Shown: piece by piece, positions 50,785 through 62,250 of the stretch
Numbering within the stretch: position 1 is the first letter of the stretch
Layout: every line of letters begins with the position of its first letter
NCBI RefSeq assembly: GCF_963921235.1
Contig: NC_086097.1
Span: 74,216,001-74,280,000 of the forward strand
Length of the DNA: 64,000 nucleotides
Reading direction: 5' to 3'
DNA from: Mobula hypostoma
Lineage: Eukaryota
Notes under the pieces: model-generated
The model's input: the letters and a program-made list of their open reading frames with translations, nothing else
Told to the model about the DNA's origin: nothing
Databases searched by the model: none
Program-made: the position numbers and the translations under genes

Positions 50785-53600
50785 GATACTTTTAAACTCT
50801 CCTTGTTTGAGTCTGAGGTTCCCACCTGCTTTAAGAATACTGTTACATCTTGGTATCTAAGAAAAACAATGGAACATGCCTTAATTACTACCACCTGGTA
50901 ACTCTAACATCCACTATCATGAAATACTTCGAGAGATTGGTCATGGTATCCACTAATTCCAGCCTCCCAGTCAACCCTAACCTACTACAATTCATTGACC
51001 CCTGAAACAAGTCAATGGTAGATGCCATCTCTCTGGCCCTACACTCATTCCTGCAGCATCAGGACAGTAAATACCTACATTACACTATGGTATATTGACA
51101 GCAGCTCCACCTTCAATACTATAATTCCAAGCAAATTTTATCACCAAAACCCTCAACCTGAAACTCAACTTTGCAATTAAATCTCTACCTTCCTGATGAA
51201 CAGACCATCGTTATTGAGGACAGGCAGCAACACCTCAACCACAATTATCCTCAGCACTTGTTCATCACAAGGCTGCATCTTCAGTCCCTTGCTCCACTCC
51301 CGATACATTCACCAATCCATGTCCACATTCTGCTTTAATCCCACCTACATGATGATTCCACCACAGAGAGCCGTATCTCAAATAGCGATGAGTCAGCGCA
51401 CAGCACAGAGATAGAGAGCCTAGTAACATGTCATGACAGCAGTCCTTCCCTCAATGTCAGAAAAAGAAAAGAGCTGGTCATTGACTTCAGAAAGGACTTA
51501 GTCTACATGCTGCTATGTCCATCCATTGATTGAGATTGAGAGGATTGACAGCTTCAAGTTCCTAGGAGTGAACATGAAGATAGCCTATTTTGGTCCAACC
51601 ACATATCACCATGGCCAAAAAAAAAAGCTCACCTTTACTTCCTCAGAGGGCTGAAGAAATTTGACATGTTCCCTTTGACACTCACAAGCTTTTAGTGATA
51701 CATTCCATCCGGATTCATCACTGCTTGGTATGACTGCAGAGAAATGTGGGCATAGCTCAGCCTATCACAGAACCCATCTTCCCCTCCATGGACTCTGTGT
51801 CCACTTATCGCTGCCTCAGTAAAGTCGTCAGCATATGAAAGACCCCCACCCAATGCAAACATTGTCTCTTCTCCCCCTCTCCCATGGTGCAGAAGATTCA
51901 AAATCCTGAAAGCATGTGCCACCAGACTCAAGGACAACTTCCAACCCACTTTTACTGGACTATTGAAAGACTCCCTAGTGCAAAAAGATTGGTACTGACA
52001 TTAGTATTGGTTTATTATTGTCATGTGTACCCAGATACAGTGAAAACCTTCTCTTGCGCACTGTTCATGAAGATCAGTTTATGACAAAGTACACTGAGCT
52101 AGAATAAGGTAAGATAATAACAATGCAAAATAAAGAATGAAAGTGACTGAAAAAGTACAGCGCAAATAAATGATAATGTGTAAGATCATATTGAGGTAGA
52201 TTGTGAAGTCAAGAGTTCATCTTATCAAGTCTGATTACACTGGTGTGGAGCTGTCCTTGAATCTGGTGGTATGTGCCCTCATCTGCCCAGAAGGAGAGGA
52301 GAGAAGAGAGAATGTCTGGGCTGGGTGGGGTCTTTGATTATGCTGGTTCAGCAAGAAGTGTAGACATAGTCCATAGAAGGGAAGCTGGTTACCCATGATG
52401 TACCCAGCTGTGTCCACAACTCTCTGCAATTTCTTGTGATCATGTGCAGGACCGTTGCCATACCAAGCCGTAATGCAACTAAGTAGTATGCTTTTATTGT
52501 ACATTGAGAAAGATTAATGAATGTCAAAGGGGACATGCCAAATTTCTTTAGTTTCCTGAGGGAGTAAAGGCTTCAATGGGCTTTGTTGGCCATGGCATCA
52601 ACGTGGTTGGACCAGGACAGGCTTTTGGTGATGTTGGCACCTAAGAACTTGAAGCACTTGACCTTCTCAACCTCAGCACCTTTGATGTAGACAGGAGCAT
52701 GTGCTCCACCTCCTTGTCTGAAGTCAATGACCAGCTCTTTTGTTGACATTGAGGGAGATGTTGTCACAACACCATTTCACTAAGCTCTCTATCTCCTTCC
52801 TGTATTCCAACTTATCATTACTTGAGATACTGCCCACTACAGTGGTATCATCTTCAAACTGGTAGATAGAGTTAGTGCAGAATCTGGCCATGCAGCCTTG
52901 AGTATACAGGGAGTAGAGTAGAAGCCCGAGGTCGCAACATTGTGGAGAACGAGTTTTTAAGAATAGTCATAGGATAGGCAGCAATACACCCACTTACTGA
53001 TTGCAATCTATTGGTCAGAAAGTCAAGGATCCAGTTGCAGAGGGAGGCATTGATTCCCACGATCTGAAACTTGGTGATGAGATTGCTTGGAATTATAGTA
53101 TTGAAGACAGAACTCTATTCAATAAATAATAGTCTGGACTTCAGTGTCTTTACTGTAAAGATACTCCAAAAGATGAGCGTAGGGCCAGAGAGATGGCATC
53201 CGCTGTACAACTGCTTTGGTGGTGGGCAAATTGCAGTGGGTCGAGATTGCCAGGAACGGTGGAGTTGATGCGTGCCATGACAGCCTCTCAAAGCACTTCA
53301 TGATGGCAGATGTCATAGCTACTGGTTGGTAGTCATTAAAATGTTTATCTTGGGTAATAGGATGATAGTGGTTGAACTCATGACCTCACAATCTACCTTG
53401 TTATGACCTTGTACATTGCTGTCTACCCGCACTGCACTTTCTCGGTAACTGCAATATCTATTTTTACACTCTGTTTTCCTTTTACCTTGTACTACCTCAG
53501 TGCACCATTGTAATTAATTGATCTGTTTTAACAGTATGCAGGACAAGTTTTTCCACTGCAACTTAGTGTATGTGACAATAATAAACTAGTTTACAATTTA
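50785..53600 (+). mobile_element. Degraded Rex1 LINE, interrupted by an antisense Rex1 at ~52000-53372
   Basis: EVPTCFK, SQGCIFSPLL, FKFLGV remnants. The 3'UTR resumes at ~53373 and ends GACAATAATAAAC. Confidence 0.7.
52000..53372 (-). mobile_element. Rex1/Babar LINE fragment, nested
   Basis: TSAIMKCFERL, LCNWILDFLTNR, KELVIDFR, FKFLGANIT, KKLQRVV. Confidence 0.85.
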
Positions 53601-54309
53601 CCAGAGGTCTCTTCTGTATTATGAGGCCTGTGAGCCACTGCAGCATGTCGTAGAGCATTGGGCTCCCAGCGTTCGCAAGCACCCATATTTACTCATTGTT
53701 GTCTCAATCAGAGTCATTAACCCTTGCGCTTTCTGTTTAATATTGTCAAGTTAATTGTGACAGGCACAGGTTTTCCACTTTCTATGATTATTTAATGCAG
53801 ACTCCAGTTTAGCTCTCATCGTGGGGTCCTTGTGATGAGAATGATTTGTCTCACAATGTTGCTCAGTTATGCCTCCGATGTTGTGTTTGAATTCCTCTGC
53901 GTAACCTCTTGTTTACATCTCTACATGGGAGTCTGCTGTTCCTCCACACCTGGGTTCAGTCATTGCCAGTGCTCACTGTGACATTCTGCCATTTACCTGC
54001 TGATAAAAATCACAGTTAAAAATTCAGTGGTGCTCAATGAGGCTATTAGATATTCCTGTAGTTAAAGAAAGACCCTACTCTCATCAGACTAGTCTACTGC
54101 ATGCCTGATCAGAAGTATAGTACAGATTAAATGAAAGATCAAAATCAGAATTAGGTTTATTATCACAGTCTTTTATGATGTGAAATTTGTTGTTGTACAG
54201 TACATAAAATTATTATAAATTTAAAAAACAAAAGAGTAGTGGAAAAATAAAGGAATAATGATGTAAGTGTTCAAGGGTTTATGGACCATTCAGAAATCTA
54301 ATGTAATCT

Positions 54310-55790
54310 ATACAAGCAATGGAGAAAGCTGATACGAACAGCCTACCTATCCAATTTCAGCTGGGTGGAGAGAGTTACTATCACCCCCCATGTAATTGAA
54401 GAATTTGATCCTGGTCTTCAGCCTTTATTTTCATCCATTGTTGAATTCCATACTGACTTTTGAGTTGTTGATTTACGTAGCTGAAGCTGGCTGTTTCTCA
54501 TTGGGCCTGTGCCTTGTTCAGGGAAGAAGTGGAAGGCCCTCAGATCTCTCTAATGTGCAAAGGACGTATGAATGGAACTGAACATCCAAGATAAGCTGAT
54601 TGGGACCAGGAGATCAGAATGGCAGAGGGCATCAGAAATGTAACAAATGTAACTGGGAAGGTACTGGAGCAGGAGGGCAGGGGTAAGTCAGGGTATGACA
54701 ATAGCAAGTAGAGACAATTAGTCCAGCAGAACAGTCCTGCTTAGGTATCATGGGTAGGTAAAATAGGGTAGTGCAAGGTTGGAGCACCACCTGGTTCAGG
54801 CTGTGGAGGGCAGATCTCCTGATGAAATCTGTGACAGTCTGGTCGCTCATGACCTGATGTTCGTTGGTGAGCCACTGTCAGGAGGGAAATATGAGATGTG
54901 TCTGAAAGCTAATGTTGGGCCTCTGCAAGGTAGAGGTCAGTCTGCCAGACAACAACAACAATACACCCCTCTGAGTGGGTTTGGAGTGAGTGGAATGCTC
55001 CACAGTGAGAAGAGGATAGGTTAGAGGTGAAGATGGAGGAGAGAGGTGTCACATTGGCAATTTATAAAGTAAAGTTTGCGAGACCATGGATCTGTGCCTG
55101 GAAAGTTTTCACTCTCCAGGGTGCAGGCCTGGGCAAGGTTGTATGGAAGACCAGCAGTTGCCCATGCTGCAAGTCTCCCCTCTCCACGACACCAATGTTG
55201 TCCAAGGGAAGGGCATTAGGACCCATACAACTTGGCACCAATGTCATCGCAGAGCAATGTGTGATTAAGTGCCTTGCTCAAGGACACAACACGTTCCCTC
55301 AGCTGGGGCTCGAACTCACAACTTTCAGGTAGTTAGTCCAATGCCTTAACCACTTGGCCACGTGCCCACACTGGCAATTCATAATGAATTGATTATAGGA
55401 AGATATAAGGCTTGCTCCAGGTATATCAAGAACACTGGAATGAGGCAGCAGTATGGGGTGATAACTCTAGGCCACAGAAATGGGCACTGAGGCAGCAGAA
55501 GATGAGTTTAACATCATGTCATTGCCTGAATTAATTGAGGTACAAGTGTAGGGCTGTGAAGCTGAGACCACTGCTGGGGATTGAAGTCACTTGGAGTCAA
55601 AGAGGAGGTGTGTGGAGGGGATGGAGCTGGAGGGATGAGAAATAGGGTCCGAGGAAGGTGAAGCAGAAGAAGGCTCAGGAAAAGGCTAGTTAAGTCTCTA
55701 TACTTTTGTATCAGAAAGAAATGAAAAGAGTCACCATGCTGCTCAATTTGGCGATGAATAAAGTGGAATTGTTGGTTGATACAGCTTTGA
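54310..55790 (-). mobile_element. Old Penelope-like element, N-terminal and RT region
   Basis: QPCTTLFYLPMIPKQDCSAGLIVSTCYCHT resembles the PLE RT motif FY.LPKIHK..PGRPIVS. An ELFFRRLRLRAHF-like remnant lies at ~55470-55510. Confidence 0.6.
55068..55366 (-). mobile_element. tRNA-derived SINE
   Basis: A box TGGCCAAGTGG, B box GAGTTCGAGCC, head like 35835-35950. 18-bp TSD CACA(T/C)TGGCAATT(T/C)ATAA at 55050-55067 and 55367-55384. Confidence 0.85.
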
Positions 55791-55807
55791 GACAGATTAA
55801 ATTGGTA

Positions 55808-56871
55808 GCAACACACACAAAATACTGGAAGAACTCAGCAGATCAGACAGCATCTATGGAAATGAATAAACAGTCAATGTTTCGGGCTGAGACCTTTCAT
55901 CAGGACTGGAAAGGAAGTGGGAAGACTCCAGAATAAAAAGACGGGGGAAGAGTAAGGAAGAAGGTGGTGAAGTTAGAAAGATGGAAAGATAAAGGGCTAG
56001 AGAGGAAGGAATCTGATAGGAGAGGAGAGTGGAAGGGAAGGAGGTGGGGACCCAGGGGAAGGTGATAGGCAGGTGAGAAGAGATAATAGGCCGGAGTGGG
56101 AATAGAAGAAGTGAGTGGGAGGAAAATTCTTCTTTTATCGGAAGGAAAAAAAAATTGACATTCATGCCACCAGGTTGGAGGCGACCCAGATGGTGTTTCT
56201 CCTCCACCTGAGGGAGGCTTCATCACGGCACAAGAGGATGCCAGGGGTTAACATGTTGGAACAGGAGTGGACATTGGCATTAAAATGTTGGGCCACTGGG
56301 AAGTTCCACTTTCGGTGGATGGAGCAGAGGTATATGTTGAAGCAGTTCCCCAATTTACGATGGGTCTCACCAATGTAGAAGAGCCTGCATAGGAGCACCA
56401 GACAGAATAGACGATCCCAGCAGATTTGCAGGTGAAGTATTGCCTCACCTGGAAAGACTGTTTGGAGCCCTGAATGGAGATGAGGGAGGAGGTGTATGGG
56501 CAGGTGTAGCACTTGCAGGGATAAATGCCTGGAGGGAGATTAGTCGGGAGGGATGAATGGACAGGGGAGTCACAGAGGAGTCACTCTGGAGAGTGGGGAG
56601 GGGGAAAGTAAAGTTATGTTTGGTGGTAGAATTCCTTTGAATGATGCAGAGGCTTATTGGGGCCCCCGGTAGTGGCCAAAGAGCTACATCTGCCCATTTA
56701 CCTCTTTTTATTCTACTGTCTTCCCCTTCCTTTCCAGTCTTGAAAAAAGATGTCAGCATGAAGCGTTGACTATTAAATCATTTCCATAGATGCTGTCTGA
56801 TCTCCTGAGTTCCTACAGTCTTTTGTGTGGGTTGCTTTGGATTTCCAGCATCTGCAGAATTTCTTGTGTAT
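55808..56871 (-). mobile_element. Penelope-like element (GIY-YIG) with inverted terminal repeats
   Basis: LFYIGETHRKLG..NFPVAQHFN on the minus strand. Hammerhead at 55871-55908 (-) and an inverted tail at ~56730-56871 (+). TSD AG(A/G)TTAAATTGGTA at 55794-55807 and 56872-56885. Confidence 0.88.
55871..55908 (-). ncRNA. Minimal type I hammerhead ribozyme motif (one of the best-preserved copies, with substitutions)
   Basis: CAGTC-CTGATGA-A-AGG TCTCAG CCC-GAAAC-ATT-GACTG: perfect stem I CAGTC/GACTG, CUGAUGA and GAAA boxes present; GTC decayed to ATT. Confidence 0.7.
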
Positions 56872-56989
56872 AGGTTAAATTGGTATTGTTTGAAGAACAG
56901 TTGAGAACATGCATATGCTCACATATGGCCGAGCCCCAACACTGCCTGTCATCTTGTTAGAATTAAAGGAATAGAATGGGAACTTGCAT

Positions 56990-57300
56990 GTATCCTGGCT
57001 ATTCCTGTCCTTTGTTCAATATGTGGAACAGTCTCTGATCCAGACTTACGTATTTGGGACCATTCCCACAACTTGTGCGTTCACAGTTAGGGCACCATTG
57101 TTTTTTTTCCCATTTGTCTCCATAAGATGATGAGGCCTTCCACTTTGCTGCCTCTGAAAGGTCCTTCTTCCTCCTGAAACGTGGTTTCTCTTCTGTATTT
57201 GTGGATGGAGCACTCAACCACATTTCCTTTATTTCCAGCTTCTATCCTCTTTCTCCTGTGACAGGCCTGAAACATCGACTATTTATTTCCCTCCATCGAA
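56990..57300 (+). mobile_element. Degraded Penelope RT fragments and terminal repeat remnant
   Basis: YSCPLFNM/YVEQSL and DDEAFH..SE.SFFL.KRGF remnants, then CCTGAAACATCGACT. Confidence 0.55.
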
Positions 57301-59099
57301 TCATACTAATCACATTCAACTGAATTTATTCCTTGTCCCTCATTACCCTTGCTCATTCCAGAATCTGTCAAGATAAATGTCATTACTCTTCCTGCCTCCA
57401 GCACCTCCTCTGTTAGCAAATTCCTGATACCAATTGCTTCTGGTGTGAAAAAAAAATCCTCTTTAAACCTTTGCTTTCTCACTATATATATATAAATGTC
57501 CCCTAGATTAAGACATTCCTTCTATGGGAAATGGACACGGGCTACCTACCTTACCTATGCCTCAGATAATTTTATATCCTGCAGAGGAACTTGCATATAC
57601 TGGTGTTACCACATAAAATTATCCTGCAAGTTATCCTGCAAGATGCACACTGATTTGGAAATGTACTGTATTTCTTTATTGTTGTTGGATCTAAATCCTG
57701 GAATCACCTTAAGGAGTCTGGGAGTACCTTCACCTAATAGTCTGTAACAATACAGGAAAGTGGCTCATTGCCACCTTTTCAAAGGCAACAATCCTGGCTT
57801 TGCCAGGATGTTCATATCCTGCAAATAATAAAAAAAAATATGTCAAAATCCTTCCTCATAGCTGGGTGCCTGAATCATAGCAATGAGGTGGTAACACCAA
57901 TCTTACACTGGATCCCATATGCATGGGTTGGTTATACATCATCTTCCCAGTGTATATTCTCCAATTTCTTCTAAAAAAAACCCTCTCTCCTATTTACTTA
58001 GAACAAAATAGTTTCAGCTTCATTGGAGAAGTGCACTGCTCTATGTATTCAACATTACAAAATGTACTCCCAAAATGAATACTAAATTTCCAGCCAGGCA
58101 GGAGCCGAACAACGTAAACAGGTTCTGGCTGGCTGGAAGCAGAACTTAATGCCCCTTCTTTCTGACAGTGTGTCTGCTCTCTGAAAAGCTACAGCTTATT
58201 GAAGTTCTCTTTTCAAAGAATTATGTTCTGATAAGTATTTCCGTCTAAATTATTTGAATAAATTATAAATTCTGACTTCAAGCTTCAAAATCTAGTTTTC
58301 TTCAAATGAAATCTAATGCATTCTTGCACATTTTAGGGGAGACGTCACTTGTTTTGGTAATGTTGAACTTTCCATTGAAGTTTCCATTCTGTGGATGCAA
58401 GAATGAAGTCATTGCAACACATCAACAAGGCTGGGTCATAGATTCCTGAACTACCATATGCAGCTGATTAGCACTCTTGCAACAGCTGCCAAAGCGTACA
58501 TTCACTTTTCCATTTAAGCAATCAGTTAAGCAAAAGTACTTTTTCAATCAGGAATTCATGGATTTATGTTGCTGTGGTTTTAAAACCATTATATAATATT
58601 CTGTCTTTATTGAAGATGGAATTGTAATTATTTCAGACAACAGTTTTAAAAGTATAACTACTGCTATGATTATAATGTGCAAACGCTTGTGCTCCTCAGA
58701 GCACATTATATATGATCTTGGAATAGCATTGGGTACATGAACTACTGGTGCTCGCATTAGGTTGCCCTGGAGTAATTCTGGCCCCAGCAGGAGTGAGGTA
58801 TGGAGGGGAGAGGGTCACAATATTGTAATTGAAAATGTGCTGCCCACTCCTTTTTAAGACTTGAGGCCAAGTGATCAAACACATACTGAACTATCAATAG
58901 ATTCGAGTCCCATGACACAAAAGGGGCATTGACAACATAAATACAAAGTAACAGGCAACATAGAGTCACGGTGAATGTCTGTTTCTTGAACTGGCGGAGG
59001 GAGAATTGTGGCTTTCCAGTGATCGGTGTTAGGGTTATTTTTTTTTATCTTTATTAACGACTGAGATTTTGGGGATACAAGGTACAATTTCCAGATTTG

Positions 59100-60000
59100 C
59101 ATATGACACAAAATCTGGCTGTGTTGTTAATTAAAAAAAGGATTCTGATGATTGTCTCAGAGTATAAACAGGCTAGTGGAATAGGCAGATACGTAGCAGT
59201 TGATGTTTAATGTGGAAAAAATGTGGGCTCATGCATTTTAGTTGGAGGAATAAGTATGCGATGTGTAGAATGCAGGGCACTGTTCAAAAAGGCATACAGG
59301 GATAAAGAGAATAGGGAGTATGGGTGAACAAATCATGAAGACTGATCTGGCTTTGGCTGGAGTTTGTGTTAATTTCTGCTCATTATATTATAGGAAAGTT
59401 GAAAAGACATCAGGGAGAGTCCAGAAGAGGTGCATGAGAATGATTCCCGGGATGAACATCAATAGTTACAAGTATTGATTAGAGAAGGTAAGACTGAAGA
59501 AGCAATGGTTGAGGAGAGATTATGAGTCATAGAGTAATACAGCAAGGAAATAGGACCTTCGGCCCATTCCATTGCATCCATTCTGTCTTGTTGTATCTCT
59601 GAATTCTCCTTCATCTTATCTGTCAAGGATATCTCATTTCCCCTTTTTGCCTCCTGATTTCGATTTTAGGTGTACTCAATAAGGGATTCACTTGATCCCA
59701 GCTATCTGTTCCTGATGTATGCCTCCATAATAGCAGTGTACAAAATGATGAAGGATCTGGACAGAGCAGACAGTGGGACACTGCTACTTTTAGCAGAGGG
59801 TTGGGGTAGGGGGGCCAATGACTGGAGGTCACAGGTACAGTGCAAAATAAAGGAAAAGGGTATAAATAGCAACGTGAGGAAATATTTTTATTGCAGTGCA
59901 TGTTTGGATTGTGTTGCTTTGACTAGCAATGTGATATATTAAATAACTATTTGGTGGAGTCAGTTTCCATTTCGCCTTTCAAGAGGAAATAGAATAAATA
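59100..60000 (+). mobile_element. Old CR1 3' fragments
   Basis: Degenerate WADT.Q..FNVEK, ERVQKR..RMIPG, VYKMMKDLDR. Confidence 0.55.
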
Positions 60001-62250
60001 AGACCATTGGACAAGGGAGCAGAATTAGGCTATTTGATCTATGAAGTCTGTTCTGCCATTCCATCATGGCTGATGCATTATCACTCTCACCATTCTCCTG
60101 CCTTCTCCCTGTAAACTTTGATGCCCTAACTAATCAAGAACTCTCCACTTCAAATATATCCAATGACTTAGCCTCCACAGCCATCTGTTGTATGAATTCT
60201 ACAGATTCATCACCCTCAGCCTAAAGAAATTCCTCGCCATCTATGACAAACAAGAGAAAATCTGCAGATGCTGGAAATCCGAGCAACAAACACAAAATGC
60301 TGGAAGAGCTCAGCAGGCCAGGGAGTACCTATGGAAAAAAGTACAGTTAACGTTTTGGACCGAAATCCTTCGGCAGGACGGTAGAAAATAAAAGCTAAGG
60401 AGTAGATTTAAAAGGTGGGGGGGGGTGGGGAGAAGAGAGAAACACAAGGTGATAGGTGAAATCTGAAGGGGGAGGGATGAAGTAAAGAGCTGGGAAGTTG
60501 ATTGGTGAAAGAGATACAGGGCTGGAGAAGGGGAGTCCAATAGGTGAGGACAGAAGGCCATGAAAGAAAGAAGAGTGGGGAGGAGCACCAGATGGAGGCA
60601 ATGGCCAGAAAAAGAGATAAGGTGAGAGAGGGAAAAGGGGATGGGGAATGGTGAAGGAGACAGGAGGGGGACATTACCAGAAGTTCAAAAAATCAATGTT
60701 TATGCCATCAGGTTGGAGGCTACCCAGACAGAATACAAGGTGTTGTTCCTCCAACCTGAGTGTGGCCTCATCACGACAGTGGAGGAGGCCACGGACTGAA
60801 GTGGAATTAAAATGGGTGGCCGCTGGGAGATCCCACTTCTGCTGGCGGACAGAGCATAGGTGCTTGGTGAAGCGGTCTCCCAATCTATGTCAGGTCTCAC
60901 CTATATACAGGAGACCACACTGGGAGCATTGGGCCTTCTGTATATCTGCAAGACCCGACGTAGAACTTTCAGTAATGCCCCCCCTCCCCCCTTTACTATT
61001 CCCCATCCCTTTTACCCTTTCTCACTATATCTTCTTGCCTGTCCATCACCTCTGTCTGGTGCTCCTCCCCCTTTTCTTTCTCCCATGGCCTTTTGTCCTA
61101 AATCAGACTCCCCCTTCTCCAGCCCTGTATCTCTGTCACCAATCAACTTCCCAGCTCCTTACTTCATTCCTTCCCCTCCCATTTTCACCTATCACCAAAG
61201 AAGAAGAAAACCAGGAAAGGTTTCGGCCTGAAACATAGCTGTACTCTTTTCCATAAATGCTGCTTGGCCTGCTGAGTTACTCCAGCTTTTTGTGTGTGTT
61301 CCTCATTATCTATGTTCTAAATGCACATTCCTCTATTCCTCTATTCTGAGGCTGTGCGCTCTGGTCCTAGAATCCTCTCCACATCTGCCCTATCTAGGAC
61401 TTTAAATATTCAATATGTTTCAATCAGATCTCCCTTCATGTATATCTCCAGTATGTACAGGCATAGAGTCATCCAACACTCCTCGTATGTCATTCCTTTT
61501 ATTTCTGGAATCATTTTCATGAACCTCATCTGGACCCTCTCCAGTGTCAGCACATCTTTTCCAAGATAAGGTCCCCAAAACTGCTCATAATACTCCATGT
61601 GTGCCTGACCAATGCCTTATAAAGCTTCAGCATTGCATCTTTGCTTTTATATTCTAATCCTCTTGAAATGAATGCTAACATTGACTTTGCCTTTCTTATC
61701 GCCAACTCAACCTGCAAGTTACCCTTTAGGGAATCCTGCATGAGGACTCCCATGTCCCTTTGCACCTCTGAGTTTTGAATTTTCTCCCCATTTAGAAAAT
61801 AGTCTACACCTTTATTCCTTCTACTGAAGTGCATGAACATACACTTCTCTGCACTATATTCCATCTGCCACTTCTTTTGCCCATTCCCCAAATCTGCAGA
61901 CTCTCTGCTCCATCAACATTTCCTGCCCCTCCAAACTTCTTCATATTGTCTACAGACTTGGCCACAAAGCCATTTAATCTATCATCCAAAGCAATAACAT
62001 ACAATGTGAAAAGAAACAGTCCTAACACTACCACCTGCAAAAAAACACTGGACACCAGAAGCCAACCACAATAGACCCTGTCTATTCCCACTCTTTGTCT
62101 CCTTCCAGTCAGTCAGCCTTCTGTCCATGCTCACATCTTTCCTGTAGTACCATGGGCTCTTCTCTTTTTAAGCAGCCTTATGTGCATCACCTTGTCAAGG
62201 GCCTTCTGAAAATCCAAGAAAGCAACATACATTGACTGTCCTTTCTCTAT
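60001..62250 (-). mobile_element. CR1 LINE fragment interrupted by a Penelope insertion
   Basis: KWQMEY..EKC, MLAFISRGLEYKS, LTLERVQ.RF..MIP. Confidence 0.85.
60246..61298. mobile_element. Penelope-like insertion: two 3' fragments in inverted orientation
   Basis: Minus arm ~60246-60929 (GDRFTKHL..LRLEEQHLVFCLGSLQPDG); plus arm ~60930-61298 (LGLLYICKTRRR, UTR, tail). Imperfect 16-bp TSD at 60230-60245 and 61299-61314. Confidence 0.88.
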
